DNA from: Candidatus Pacearchaeota archaeon
Lineage (GTDB): Archaea; Nanobdellota; Nanobdellia; Pacearchaeales; GW2011-AR1
NCBI GenBank assembly: GCA_018303825.1
Contig: JAGVXK010000007.1
Span: 823 to 64,822, forward strand
Reading direction: 5' to 3'
Length of the DNA: 64,000 nt
Below the pieces are notes generated by a model that had not been told where the DNA came from, made no database searches, and saw only the letters and a program-made list of their open reading frames with translations. Positions 36,215-46,988 of the stretch are shown one piece after another (within the stretch, counting starts at the first letter, position 1; each line of letters begins with the position of its first letter). The position numbers and the translations under genes were made by a program.

Positions 36215-37060
36215 ATGAAAATAGAGGTTAATGTTGAGAAGAGGTATTTCTTTGGTATTTTGGCTGTTGTCTTGTTAATTGGTGTGGGTGTACTTGTTTA
36301 TGCTATTGGCGCTGTTCCTAACCCGGTAGGTCATGCTTTAAGTCAAGTTCAAGGGTATTTCACAGGAGACGCTAGCTTGGAGGCCAGTTTGGGAAGATTC
36401 TGTCAGAGCGATGGGACAAATTGTGCAAATACCGGAGCGATCGGAGCTCTGTCAAGTCCAGCAATCAGCGATGACTTTGTTTCCGGATTAAATCTACCTT
36501 GGGCTACAGATACTACAACAACATCCATCGCTTCTACAACAAACCATCCGGGGATAATTACTGTTGATAAAAACGGGGGTTATTTTGCTCTCCAAAATGC
36601 TATCAATGCAAGTCAGGATTTTGATGTAATTTTTGTAGTAAGGTCAAATTCCAATAAAGCAATAAGCGAATATCCTGGATTTACTGTTGGTTTATTTTCA
36701 GATACCGGAAGGTCAAATGCTCAGTCAACTGCTCCAGATAAAGTGGTTTTTGAGACTTCTCCTGCTAGCGGTCCAGTTGTTCCTGGAAAGATTTTCACAG
36801 AATTAAAGGTCAATGGGGTACTTGTAAATGCTAATTTTGTTGATGCTCCAACTGATATTAAACAGAGATGGATAGTATTCAGGATAAAGAAAACGGGGAC
36901 TTCATTTGCATTTTACATAGATGATATGAATAACCCTGTTTCTACATTAACTTCTGCTACTCTTCCTTCCAGATCAATGTATTTAGGATTTAATATATAT
37001 AACCAAGATTTTGATGTTGACTTGGTAAGCTTCAGCTCCTCATCTTTGAGCAGGTCCTAA
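36215..37060 (+). CDS. Secreted hypothetical protein with N-terminal signal anchor
   Basis: FFGILAVVLLIGVGVLVYAIGA TM, then a Thr/Ser-rich beta-type domain. Confidence 0.4.
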   Translation: MKIEVNVEKRYFFGILAVVLLIGVGVLVYAIGAVPNPVGHALSQVQGYFTGDASLEASLGRFCQSDGTNCANTGAIGALSSPAISDDFVSGLNLPWATDTTTTSIASTTNHPGIITVDKNGGYFALQNAINASQDFDVIFVVRSNSNKAISEYPGFTVGLFSDTGRSNAQSTAPDKVVFETSPASGPVVPGKIFTELKVNGVLVNANFVDAPTDIKQRWIVFRIKKTGTSFAFYIDDMNNPVSTLTSATLPSRSMYLGFNIYNQDFDVDLVSFSSSSLSRS

Positions 37061-37182
37061 ATCGCTTGTATTTTGCAGACAATCTTATAATTTCTGCTAA
37101 AAAATAGTGGCTGGTTGGAATATCATTTTCATCTTATTTGACAATTCGGTAAGTTTTTTAACTCATTTATTTTTAAATTGAG

Positions 37183-38553
37183 ATGAAACAGTCTTATGAA
37201 TTGAAAGGGATGATAGGATTGGAAATACATACTTATCTTATTACAAAAGAGAAATTATTTTGCAGATGTATAGCTTCAAGGGAAAAGGGTCTGAAGGCGA
37301 ATGTTAATGTGTGCGCAATATGCACAGGTCAGCCAGGAGCGAAGCCAATGCTGCCAAATGAGACAGCAATTGAAAAGGCAGTTCAAATAGGCTTGATGCT
37401 AAATTGCAAGATAAATCATGAACTTAAGTGGCAGAGAAAACATTATAACTGGCCAGACTTGCCAAAAGGTTATCAAAATACTCTTTCCGGGAAGTATGCC
37501 CTTCCTATTGGGGAAAAGGGAAAATTTCTTGGAATTAATATATGGAACATGCATTTAGAAGAAGACCCTGCTTCATGGAATCCTGAAACGGGGGAAGTTG
37601 ACTATAACAGAAGCGGATTGCCTCTTGTCGAGATAATTACTGCTCCAGATTTCAAAACTGCGAAAGAAGTTATGAACTGGTTGATGAAACTAATCCGTAA
37701 TTTAAGCTATCTTAAGGCAGTTGATAGTAATGCGGGGATTAAAGTGGACGTTAATGTGAACATTCCTGGAAAAACTGAAAGAGTGGAAATAAAGAATATC
37801 AGTTCTATTGAAAACATTGGGAAAGCTATTGAATATGAGCTTGAAAGACAATTAAAAGAGGGAAATAAAAGCAAGGAGACAAGAAGATATGATGAAATGG
37901 GGAATAAAACTACTTTGATGAGGAGCAAAGAAGACCAGGAAGATTATAGGTTCATTTCAGATCCAGATTTGAAGGATATTGTTATAGATGAGAAATTTAT
38001 TGGTTCTGTCAGGGAGAATATTCCGGAAAGTCCTGAGGAAAAATTTGAAAAATTTGTCAAAAAATATAAAATAGATAACGAAAATGCTGAAATTCTTGCA
38101 AAGAATATAGATATTGCGGAATTTTATGAGAAAGTTGCAGGAAAAATTGACGCGAAGTTTGCGCTGCCATGGATAACAGTTCAATTATTTAGATTATTGA
38201 ATGATAATAAAACAAAAATTGATAAAATAGACATAAAGGTAGAGCATTTTGTTTCTTTGCTGAATCTTGTGAAAGGCGGAAAAATAACCGAGCTTAAAGG
38301 AAAGGAGATATTGAAGAAATTTTATCCAAAAAGTTTTGACCCTACAAAAAATATAGAGGAAAAGATAACTGATAAAAATCAAATAGAAAAGATAGCCAGC
38401 AAGATTATTGGTGATAATGAAAAGGCAGTTCAAGATTATAAAAAGGGAGATAAAAAGGCGTTTGAGTTTCTTATTGGGAAAATAATGAAAGAGACGAAGA
38501 AGAGGGCAGATTTCAAGATAGCAAGAGAAGTTTTAGGGAAGCTGTTAAAGTAA
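37183..38553 (+). CDS. gatB: Asp/Glu-tRNA amidotransferase subunit B
   Basis: LKGMIGLEIHTYL...KLFCRC N-terminus (GatB/GatE catalytic) and C-terminal GatB/YqeY helical domain; 456 aa fits GatB. Confidence 0.75.
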   Translation: MKQSYELKGMIGLEIHTYLITKEKLFCRCIASREKGLKANVNVCAICTGQPGAKPMLPNETAIEKAVQIGLMLNCKINHELKWQRKHYNWPDLPKGYQNTLSGKYALPIGEKGKFLGINIWNMHLEEDPASWNPETGEVDYNRSGLPLVEIITAPDFKTAKEVMNWLMKLIRNLSYLKAVDSNAGIKVDVNVNIPGKTERVEIKNISSIENIGKAIEYELERQLKEGNKSKETRRYDEMGNKTTLMRSKEDQEDYRFISDPDLKDIVIDEKFIGSVRENIPESPEEKFEKFVKKYKIDNENAEILAKNIDIAEFYEKVAGKIDAKFALPWITVQLFRLLNDNKTKIDKIDIKVEHFVSLLNLVKGGKITELKGKEILKKFYPKSFDPTKNIEEKITDKNQIEKIASKIIGDNEKAVQDYKKGDKKAFEFLIGKIMKETKKRADFKIAREVLGKLLK

Positions 38554-38646
38554 AAAAATTGTTTGGTTCACTGTCTTGAATAAGTTTTTATAGCTATTTC
38601 AATTGATATAACCATCAAAAGAGGAAAGTAATAACTGCTGAAAAAG

Positions 38647-39495
38647 ATGATAATATTGCCTATAATTGGGGCTTTTATGGAAGCGGTCGGCACTATACTT
38701 GAGAAAAAAGTACTGAAAAAAAGAAGCCTGAATTGCAGAAATTATACAGTATTCAGTTTTTTGGCTATAATTATTGTTATGCTCCCTTTTCTGTATTTCA
38801 TCTGGCATATAAAATCAGAAGCTTTGTTATTAAAGAATATTTTGAGGTTTGCCTTTGTCATTATTGTGGCAATCGTGGCTAATTTGCTCATTTTCTATTC
38901 ATTAAAAAGAAAAAATATAACTGAATTTGAACCAGCATGGATAATGCAGCCTTTGTTTACGGTGCTTTTGGCTTTTATTTTTTATCAGAGCGAGAGAAAT
39001 TGGATGATAGTTGGTCTTGCATTAGTTGCTAGCTTGACTCTTGTTCTTGCACATATAAGAAAACACCATCTTGTTTTTGACAAATATATCATTGCTGCTG
39101 TCTTGGGAAGTTTTGCTTTTTCTATTGAGTTAGTTGCTTCAAAACCAATACTGGATTATTACAACCCATTTGCATTTTATTTCATAAGATGCTTTTTTAT
39201 ATTAATCATAACTTATTTAATTTATAAGCCAAAGCTAAAAGATGCGGATGGGAGAAGTTGGATGTATATATTTCTTATAGGTGCAATGTGGGTGCTGTAC
39301 AGGGCCATTATATATTATGGATATGAAAAAGTCGGAATTGTGTTTACAACAACATTGTTCATATTGTCTCCTGTTTTGATGTTTGTTTTTGCTATCTTAT
39401 TCTTAAAGGAAAAACCCACTCTTAGGCAGATAATTTCTACGATAATCATACTTGTATGTGTTGTTTTGGCTATTCTTTTTGGAAAAACTTATTAA
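38647..39495 (+). CDS. EamA/DMT-family transporter
   Basis: ~10 TM helices in two repeats. Confidence 0.55.
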   Translation: MIILPIIGAFMEAVGTILEKKVLKKRSLNCRNYTVFSFLAIIIVMLPFLYFIWHIKSEALLLKNILRFAFVIIVAIVANLLIFYSLKRKNITEFEPAWIMQPLFTVLLAFIFYQSERNWMIVGLALVASLTLVLAHIRKHHLVFDKYIIAAVLGSFAFSIELVASKPILDYYNPFAFYFIRCFFILIITYLIYKPKLKDADGRSWMYIFLIGAMWVLYRAIIYYGYEKVGIVFTTTLFILSPVLMFVFAILFLKEKPTLRQIISTIIILVCVVLAILFGKTY

Positions 39496-39547
39496 TTTAA
39501 ATTGAAATCAATAACTTTATTAGGGCTTTTGCATATTGTTAATAACT

Positions 39548-39619
39548 AGGCTCATAGTTCAGTGGATAGAACGCAACGCTTCGGACGTTGAAACGAGGGT
39601 TCAATTCCTTCTGAGCCTA
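39548..39619 (+). tRNA. tRNA-Arg (anticodon TCG)
   Basis: Acceptor AGGCTCA/TGAGCCT, D-arm TAGTTCAGTGGATAGAACG, anticodon stem CAACG/CGTTG with loop CTTCGGA, T-arm GAGGGTTCAATTCCTTC, discriminator A; 72 nt, no encoded CCA. Confidence 0.85.
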
Positions 39620-39679
39620 TTATGCTTTTTTGATTACTCCGATAACAAGGTTTAATAAGAGTTATTTTATGCAGGAATT

Positions 39680-40066
39680 ATGGAGAACAGAGTTTTGCGA
39701 TTTTTGAAGGAATATAAAGAAGCAGAAGCAGATATGAAATTAAATGGGGGCATCGAGGAGGTTATTTATCCTAATCCCATTGATATTTTGGCTGGAAAGC
39801 TTTCTTATGCAGTGTATGACTTTTTAACACAAAGAACAGAAGAGGCAATTATCACACGAGATTTTAGGGATTATGATTCTATGGTTTTGAAATACTGGGG
39901 AATATTAGACAGATTAGAGCTTGTAGGGATGGAGATGAATTCTATGATTGAAAAGAGGGAAACAAGAAAGCTTATCGAGGAAATGATCAATGGAGAGCAC
40001 GAAGAGTTGATTGAAGAACTTGATAGTTTTATCAGGCCATTCTACAGAAACGACTTTTCTGATTAA
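39680..40066 (+). CDS. Hypothetical protein
   Basis: 128-aa ORF. Confidence 0.35.
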   Translation: MENRVLRFLKEYKEAEADMKLNGGIEEVIYPNPIDILAGKLSYAVYDFLTQRTEEAIITRDFRDYDSMVLKYWGILDRLELVGMEMNSMIEKRETRKLIEEMINGEHEELIEELDSFIRPFYRNDFSD

Positions 40067-40296
40067 GGATTTATTGGATTTTAGTACTTCCATAACTGGC
40101 AAATCAAACCAACAATTTTTCAAAAGAAGCCGGGGTTTCTATTAGTTTGCAAAATAATTATTTATCAATATGAATTTTAAAGAAGATTTATATTGATTTT
40201 AACTAATTTTTACTCGCAATCATTCAGCCCGCTTCCTACTTGCGGAAATACTGATTTATGGTTAAGTTTTAAAACTATAATCTTCATTGATTCTTT

Positions 40297-41565
40297 ATGG
40301 TTGAATTGAATTTTAATCCAGGAGATTATGTAAAAATTAGATTAGCTTTAAAGGAGATAGAAGGAAGAGTTATTGAAAGCGAAGACAAAAACATAATTCT
40401 GTTAAAATTGGCTTCCGGCTACAATATTGGTATTCCTAAGGAGAATATTCTGGCAGGAAGAGTTTTGAAAAAGTACAAGGAAGAGGAAGTTGATAGAAAG
40501 ATAGTTCAGAATAATAAACTGCCTTCAATAGGGTTAATAATCACTGGGGGGACTATTGCAAGCAAGGCTTCACAGTCAACTGGCGGGGTAAGGCCAATAA
40601 CCAATGTTAATGAGTTTCTTGAGTTTTATCCGGAGCTGTTAAACATGGTAAATATAAAGAAGATAGAAGTGCCATTTAAGATATTTTCAGAAAATATGAG
40701 CAGCGGGCACTGGATTAAGCTTGCTGAATGCATAAAACCAATGCTTGAAGATAATGACATAAAGGGAGTTATTGTTTCTCACGGGACAGATACATTGCAT
40801 TATACCGCCGTGGCCTTATCTTTTTTCATCCAGAATTTGAACAAACCTATTGTTTTGACTTATTCGCAAAGAAGTATTGACAGGGCAAGCAGTGATGCTA
40901 ATCTAAATCTTCAGTGCGCGGCAAGAATGGCGTTAAGTGATTGTGCTGAAGTCATGTTGGTCGGACATGCCAACACGGAAGACGAATATTGCCATGCCTT
41001 TCTCGGAACTAAGGTAAGAAAACTTCATAGTTCAAGAAGAGATGCCTTTCAATCTGTAAATGCAAAGCCACTAGCGAAAGTATTTCCGGACAAGGTTGAA
41101 TTTCTTGAAAAATATAGGAAAAGGGGGAATTCAAAACCAGAGGTTGATGTTTTGTTCAGCGACAAGGTTGCATTGATAAAGTTTTATCCAGGTCAGGACC
41201 CAAGTATTTTGGATTTTTATGCATTGAAGTATAAAGGAATCGTTTTGGAGGGAACTGGATTGGGGCATGTTTCAGGAAGTGATTCCTTGCATTCATGGAT
41301 ACCAACATTGAAAAGGCACATTAAGAGTGGGCTTGTTGTCTGTATGACAACACAAACATTATTCGGCAGAGTTGACCCTTATGTTTATTCTACTGCAAGA
41401 GAGTTGCTTGATGCAGGGGTTATTTACTTGGAAGACATGCTTCCAGAGACTGCTTTCGTCAAATTAGGGTTTGTCCTTGGGCATTATGGGTGGAAAGTTC
41501 ATGTGAAAGAAAAAATGCTTGAAAATATGGCTGGAGAAATCGGAGGAAGATTAAATTATATTTAA
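40297..41565 (+). CDS. gatD: Glutamyl-tRNA(Gln) amidotransferase subunit D (asparaginase-like)
   Basis: GLIITGGTIASK threonine motif, VSHGTDTLHYTA, 422 aa, directly upstream of gatE. Confidence 0.8.
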   Translation: MVELNFNPGDYVKIRLALKEIEGRVIESEDKNIILLKLASGYNIGIPKENILAGRVLKKYKEEEVDRKIVQNNKLPSIGLIITGGTIASKASQSTGGVRPITNVNEFLEFYPELLNMVNIKKIEVPFKIFSENMSSGHWIKLAECIKPMLEDNDIKGVIVSHGTDTLHYTAVALSFFIQNLNKPIVLTYSQRSIDRASSDANLNLQCAARMALSDCAEVMLVGHANTEDEYCHAFLGTKVRKLHSSRRDAFQSVNAKPLAKVFPDKVEFLEKYRKRGNSKPEVDVLFSDKVALIKFYPGQDPSILDFYALKYKGIVLEGTGLGHVSGSDSLHSWIPTLKRHIKSGLVVCMTTQTLFGRVDPYVYSTARELLDAGVIYLEDMLPETAFVKLGFVLGHYGWKVHVKEKMLENMAGEIGGRLNYI

Positions 41566-41566
41566 A

Positions 41567-43096
41567 ATGGCAAAGAAAGAACAAGAGAAAATTGAGACGG
41601 GAAGTGAAGAAGATAAAGTTAATGATAAGGAAGAAGCGAATGAAGAGAGTGACTTGGATTATGAAAAAATTGGATTAAAATCAGGGCTGGAAATACATCA
41701 GCAGATTGATTCTGGAAAGCTATTCTGCAGATGTCCAGGGTATTTAAGAACTGACAAGCCGGATTTTGAGATAAAAAGAAAATTGCATAAGGTTGCCGGG
41801 GAAACAGGGAAAGTTGACATTGCTGTTGAACATGAATCTTCCTTAGATAGGGAGTTTGTTTATCAATGCTATAATGATAATGCATGCTTAGTCGATATTG
41901 ATGAGGAGCCGCCAAGGATGATGAATGAATTGGCTTTGGACGAAGCAATCAAGATGGCATTATTGATGAATTGCGAGATTTATCCTATTGCACAGGTAAT
42001 GAGAAAGACCGTAATTGATGGTTCAAATACCAGTGGATTTCAGAGAACAGTATTATTCGCGCATGATGGCTGGATTGAAACAAGTTTTGGAAAAATTCCT
42101 ATTGCAACAATGGCTTTAGAAGAAGATGCAGGAAGGATAATTGAGGAAAGCGATAAAAAGGCTGTTTTCAGGCTTGACAGACTTGGAATTCCCTTGATTG
42201 AGATAATAACAGAACCTGCAATGAATAAGCCTGAGCAGGTAAAGGAAGCTGCGTTGAAAATAGGGGAGATAATCAGAGCATGCAAGGTCAAAAGAGGTAT
42301 AGGAACAATAAGGCAGGATGTTAATATTTCAATAAAAGGGCATGGCAGGGTTGAAATAAAAGGTTTTCAAGATCCAAGAATGATGATTCTTACAGTTAAT
42401 AAGGAAATAGAAAGACAGTTCGACGAAATAGGAAAAGGAAAAACAAAGGGAGAGGTAAGAAGAGCACTTCCTGATGGAAAGACAGAATTTGAGAGGCCAA
42501 TGTCAGGGGAGGCGAGAATGTATCCTGAAACAGACCTCCCATTGTTGAGAATTGGAAGGAATAAGATAAATGAGCTAAAGAAAAATCTTCCTAAATTAAG
42601 AACTGAAATAAGAGATGAGTTGAAGAAAAAAGGATTAAATGAGGAAATGATAAACCTTGTTCTTGATAATAATGCAGTTGATGAATTGGAAACCTTGCTT
42701 AAAATATATGGAAAAGAGGCAAACTTAATTGCGAGAATGATTATTTTGTTCCCAAGAGAATTTGCCTCAAAAATGAAGAAGAGCTATGAAGAAATAAAAG
42801 ATATTTTAACAGAAAGAAATTTGGAAATTATATTAGAAAACTTAAAACAGGGCAAGATAAATGAGAGAGATATTAAAGGAATTATGCTGAAAGTTGCTGC
42901 GGGGAAAGATATTAATGATGCTGTGAAGGTAGAGAGGGTTGATGATAATCTTCTTGAACAGGAAATAAATAAGATTGTGAAGGAAAAGCCCGGGCTTGGA
43001 GCTGGAGGGTATATGGGATTAATCATCCAAAAATTAGGGAATAATGTTGATAAGAAAAGAGCTATGGAAATTCTGCGGAGACTGACGAAGAAATAA
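41567..43096 (+). CDS. gatE: Glutamyl-tRNA(Gln) amidotransferase subunit E
   Basis: GLKSGLEIHQQIDSGKLFCRC N-terminus, GatB/E core, C-terminal YqeY-like domain; K/E-rich N-terminal extension. Confidence 0.75.
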   Translation: MAKKEQEKIETGSEEDKVNDKEEANEESDLDYEKIGLKSGLEIHQQIDSGKLFCRCPGYLRTDKPDFEIKRKLHKVAGETGKVDIAVEHESSLDREFVYQCYNDNACLVDIDEEPPRMMNELALDEAIKMALLMNCEIYPIAQVMRKTVIDGSNTSGFQRTVLFAHDGWIETSFGKIPIATMALEEDAGRIIEESDKKAVFRLDRLGIPLIEIITEPAMNKPEQVKEAALKIGEIIRACKVKRGIGTIRQDVNISIKGHGRVEIKGFQDPRMMILTVNKEIERQFDEIGKGKTKGEVRRALPDGKTEFERPMSGEARMYPETDLPLLRIGRNKINELKKNLPKLRTEIRDELKKKGLNEEMINLVLDNNAVDELETLLKIYGKEANLIARMIILFPREFASKMKKSYEEIKDILTERNLEIILENLKQGKINERDIKGIMLKVAAGKDINDAVKVERVDDNLLEQEINKIVKEKPGLGAGGYMGLIIQKLGNNVDKKRAMEILRRLTKK

Positions 43097-43239
43097 AAAG
43101 AATTAGTGTTTGATGTTAAGATATGAATTATTCTTCTATGTTAATTTAGATTTGGATGTCAAAAGTGGGGCTTAAAGCTGTCGGTTTACAAAGATTTATT
43201 ATATGGGTTTGAAGACTGCTTGCTGTGCTTGAAAGATAA

Positions 43240-44475
43240 TTATTTCAACCAATGTTTCTTTAGCTTCTGAAATTTGCCTGCTTTTATGCTTTTTCTGATT
43301 TGTTCAAGGAGATTCAGCATGAAATGGAGATTGTGGATTGTTGCTAATTTTGCATAGTCATTATTGTTGTTTTTTTCTTTTGCCAATCTATATAGGTCTG
43401 CTCTTGTATAATGCTTGCATGTTGAGCATCTGCAATTCTTGTCGATTTTAGTTTTGTCATTCTTGTATCTTCCTTTTACTATTTTTATGGTAAATTTATT
43501 TTCTTTATTTCCTCCAGATTCCAGGCTTATGTATAATTGCTTGTGCCTTGCTATTCTTGTCGGATGAACGCAGTCAAAGGTGTCAATGCCACGGGAAACA
43601 CACTCGAATAGGTCATCTATCCAGCCTATGCCGAGCATATGAACTGGTCTATCGTCCAAATACTGAGAAATCCAGTCAATGATTTGATGCATTGCTCTTT
43701 TTGAATCTCCATATGATTCTCCAAAACTTCCGCCTATTGCAATTCCATCAAAAGGCAGGGAAGAGATGAATTTAGCGCTCTTTATTCTTAAATTCTTAAA
43801 TTGTCCTCCCTGAATTATACCATATAATGCTTGTTTTGGATTGTGGTATTTTAATGAAAGAACTGCCCATTTATTTGTTCTTGTCAAGGCAGTTTTTTGG
43901 TATGAAAAGGATTTGTTTGCAGGAGTACATTCGTCAAAAGCCATGATTACATCACTTCCAAGGTTTGATTGAATCTTCATTGATTCTTTCGGACCTATAA
44001 AGTGCAGGGAATTATCATAGACTGACTTGAATTGGATTCCTTTATCAGTTATTTTAACGAAAGAAGGTTTTTTTTCATTTTTTAATATCATTTTCTCTCT
44101 TTCTTGATTTTTTCCGAGTTTCGTATAACCTGTTCTTTTTGCTTCTCCCAATGAAAGTGTTTGGAATCCCCCAGAATCTGTGAAAATAATTCCTTTAAAG
44201 TCCATGAACTTATTTAGTCCTCCAGAGTTTTTTATTAGTTTATCTCCTGGTTTAAGGTGAAGATGATATGTGTTTGCCAAAATACACTTTATGTTTAGGT
44301 TTTTTATGTCTTTCTTGTTTAGGGCTATAATTCTTGCTTTTGTTGCAACTGGAATAAGATAAGGGGTTTCAATCTTTCCGCTTTTTGTTTTTAGTATTCC
44401 TGTCCTTGCCCTGCTTCTTTTGTCTCTGGCAGTTATCTTAAACGACAGTGGAGATTCTTTCTTTTTAGTTATCAT
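43240..44475 (-). CDS. tgtA: tRNA-guanine transglycosylase catalytic core (archaeosine-type; no PUA domain)
   Basis: DGIAIGGSFGESYGD ... GIGWIDDLFECVSRGIDTFDCVHPTRIARH and Zn site CRCSTCKHY... Confidence 0.75.
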   Translation of the reverse strand: MITKKKESPLSFKITARDKRSRARTGILKTKSGKIETPYLIPVATKARIIALNKKDIKNLNIKCILANTYHLHLKPGDKLIKNSGGLNKFMDFKGIIFTDSGGFQTLSLGEAKRTGYTKLGKNQEREKMILKNEKKPSFVKITDKGIQFKSVYDNSLHFIGPKESMKIQSNLGSDVIMAFDECTPANKSFSYQKTALTRTNKWAVLSLKYHNPKQALYGIIQGGQFKNLRIKSAKFISSLPFDGIAIGGSFGESYGDSKRAMHQIIDWISQYLDDRPVHMLGIGWIDDLFECVSRGIDTFDCVHPTRIARHKQLYISLESGGNKENKFTIKIVKGRYKNDKTKIDKNCRCSTCKHYTRADLYRLAKEKNNNNDYAKLATIHNLHFMLNLLEQIRKSIKAGKFQKLKKHWLK

Positions 44476-44516
44476 ATATAATCTGAAATAAGAGAATTTA
44501 AAAATCTCTCTTTTCT

Positions 44517-45839
44517 ATGAAGAATATGGATTTAGAGAAGCTGAATAAGGAAAGAATCTATATTTCTAGTTTAACAGAGAAAGATGATGGAAAGAAAGTT
44601 CTTGTTGCTGGTTGGGTTTATGATTCAAGAGATTTAGGAAAAGTTAGGTTTATTGTTCTAAGGGACATAAGCGGAGAGATACAGGTTACAGGAATCAAAT
44701 CTTCTGCAAAAGAAGATGTTTTTAATATGATGAAATCTCTTACAAGAGAGAGTGTTATTGTTGTTTCTGGAATGGTAAAGAAAAGCGATAAGGCCCCTAG
44801 AAAGAGGGAAATTATTCCCGAAAGCATTGAATTGCTGGCAGAGGCAGAGCAGCCAATCCCTATCGATGTATCTGATTTTTCAAAGACAGAGCTGCCAAAA
44901 AGATTGGATTATAGGTTTTTGGACTTGCATAGAAGAAAAACACAGGCAATTTTTAAAATTCAAAGCACGTTAATGCAAGCATACAGAGAGTTTATGATTA
45001 AAGAAGGAGCGGTTGAAGCTGCTTTCCCTTCTATTATCAGTAGCAGCAGTGAAGGGGGAACAGAATTATTTGAGGCAAAATATTTTGAAAGAAAGGCTTA
45101 TTTAAGTCAGAGCTGTCAATTGTATAAACAGATGCTTGCTTGTTCTATGGAAAAAGTGTTTACCATATTCACTGTTTGGAGAGCTGAAAAACATAATACC
45201 ATTAGGCATCTTAATGAGTCAAGGCAATTAGATTATGAGCAGGCTTTCGCCAATGAGTTTGTAGTTATGGATGTTCTTGGAAGGGCTGTGCAATATATAG
45301 TAAAGAAAGTCATGGAAATTAATAAAGCAGAACTGGATATGCTTGGATTAAAGTTAAAAGTTCCAGGAACAAAGTATATGACTTTTGCTGAAGCTGTAGA
45401 AGTAATGAAGAAAGAGAAAATTCATGTTGGAAAAGATGATTTATCAGGTGAAGCAGAGAAGAAACTTGGGGAATTGTATCCAGATACTGTTGTTTTTGTT
45501 CATGATTGGCCATTATCTGGCAGGCCTTTTTACATAATGCCTAAAAAAGGAAAGAAAGGAGAGGAATTAAGCTGCGGTTTTGATGCGATTTATCAGGGAA
45601 TGGAAATATCTTCGGGCGGGCAGAGAGTTCATCTTCCGGAACTGCTTATAGAAAGATTAAAAATAAAAGGATTGAATCCAAAAGACTTCAAAGCTTATAT
45701 AGACTCGTTTAGATATGGGAGTCCGCCGCACTCGGGTTGGGGCGTCGGGCTGGAAAGGCTGACTATGCTAATTTTAGGACTGGATAATATAAGAGAGGCA
45801 GTTCTATTTCCAAGAGATAGGGATAGATTGACTCCTTAA
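44517..45839 (+). CDS. aspS: Aspartyl-tRNA synthetase (archaeal/eukaryal type)
   Basis: OB anticodon-binding VLVAGWVYDSRDLGKVRFIVLRD, motif 2 FRAE, motif 3 GWGVGLERLTMLILGLDNIREAVLFPRDRDRLTP. Confidence 0.8.
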   Translation: MKNMDLEKLNKERIYISSLTEKDDGKKVLVAGWVYDSRDLGKVRFIVLRDISGEIQVTGIKSSAKEDVFNMMKSLTRESVIVVSGMVKKSDKAPRKREIIPESIELLAEAEQPIPIDVSDFSKTELPKRLDYRFLDLHRRKTQAIFKIQSTLMQAYREFMIKEGAVEAAFPSIISSSSEGGTELFEAKYFERKAYLSQSCQLYKQMLACSMEKVFTIFTVWRAEKHNTIRHLNESRQLDYEQAFANEFVVMDVLGRAVQYIVKKVMEINKAELDMLGLKLKVPGTKYMTFAEAVEVMKKEKIHVGKDDLSGEAEKKLGELYPDTVVFVHDWPLSGRPFYIMPKKGKKGEELSCGFDAIYQGMEISSGGQRVHLPELLIERLKIKGLNPKDFKAYIDSFRYGSPPHSGWGVGLERLTMLILGLDNIREAVLFPRDRDRLTP

Positions 45840-46074
45840 ACTATTAACTAGAGGTTGAATTTGGGCAATTTGCATTTATTAACACCCCTTCATTTCTTAT
45901 GGAATACTTTGGTATCTTTTAGTATATTTCAAATACTGAAAATTTATCAAAAATAAGTAATAAAATGTTACCATTATACTGGAGTAGATTTTGGTATACT
46001 TTAGAAACATTTAAATACTTATCATACTATGTGCTTCCTAGCCGACAACGCATCTTGCTACGCTGCCGACAGGA

Positions 46075-46671
46075 ATGAAAATGGCAACGGCTATGCTAGA
46101 AGAAAAGGTTGAACAGATTGAAAGGAGTTCTCAAGAGGGTTTCCCGGATTCTAGAGATCCCGATTATCGGGTTCTTTTGAAATTAAGGCAATTAAATGAG
46201 AGGGCTTATGATGCAGAAGTGCCTAAATTGGAGGAAATTCCTTTGCTTTCTAACCCTGAAAAACATCTAAAAGAAGACCACCTTAAACTATTGAGGGCGG
46301 AAGGTAGAACTGAAGAGGATATAAGGATAATTGCTATTGTTGAGGTTATGAGTCCATTATTAACGCGAACTATTGATAAATGTTATGGTCCAAAACGTGA
46401 ATTTTTGAAGGATTACAATACTAAACAGTTAAATTGGATAGGTTCCGCAATATATTTAGAATCTGAGAGAGCAGGCAAGTCTGTTGATATACCTGTAGTG
46501 ATGGATAAATATCTTCGTAGGGGAACACCCATAAAGTTTAGAGCATATTATTGTTTGAAGAATCCTGAGAAAGTTGAAAGGATACCTAATCCAGATTCTG
46601 GGATAGTTCATCCTAAAGCTCATCGTATGATTGAACTTGTTAGACCAGTGATTTTTGCTCCAGCATACTGA
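46075..46671 (+). CDS. Hypothetical protein in locally GC-richer islet
   Basis: 198-aa ORF; local base composition is visibly more GC-rich than its flanks. Confidence 0.4.
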   Translation: MKMATAMLEEKVEQIERSSQEGFPDSRDPDYRVLLKLRQLNERAYDAEVPKLEEIPLLSNPEKHLKEDHLKLLRAEGRTEEDIRIIAIVEVMSPLLTRTIDKCYGPKREFLKDYNTKQLNWIGSAIYLESERAGKSVDIPVVMDKYLRRGTPIKFRAYYCLKNPEKVERIPNPDSGIVHPKAHRMIELVRPVIFAPAY

Positions 46672-46988
46672 TTTTTCTGTTATAACTTGGTATATTCTAA
46701 GTTTCTTAAAGTATACTTTTGTATAAAAACATTTAAATAATAGGTATACTTTAGTATTCTACTAAAAAAGAAGAAAAAAGAAGGATAAATAATAATGAGA
46801 CATGTTTTAACATCATGCTTTTTCGGCGGGATGCCAGAAATGGAACGTCCCCGGGAAAAAAAGGGATTTTGGGCTTCTAGTGGTTAATAATTAGAATAAT
46901 TTCGGACTATTAGAAGCTCTTTTTATTTTATGTCTTTTCTGCTTTATAGGACAATTAATTTTAAATACTTTAATTAATAACTTAACTG

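Noticed and set aside
39548-39619. Intron or CCA tail in tRNA-Arg
   Set aside because: The gene folds as a canonical 72-nt cloverleaf with no insert. The CCA is not encoded, as is usual in archaea.
46844-46853. 10-nt identity to the tRNA-Asn 3' end as proof of an integrase att site
   Set aside because: A 10-mer match is near chance level in 2x64 kb, and no integrase gene is present. It is kept only as supporting context for the GC-richer islet.
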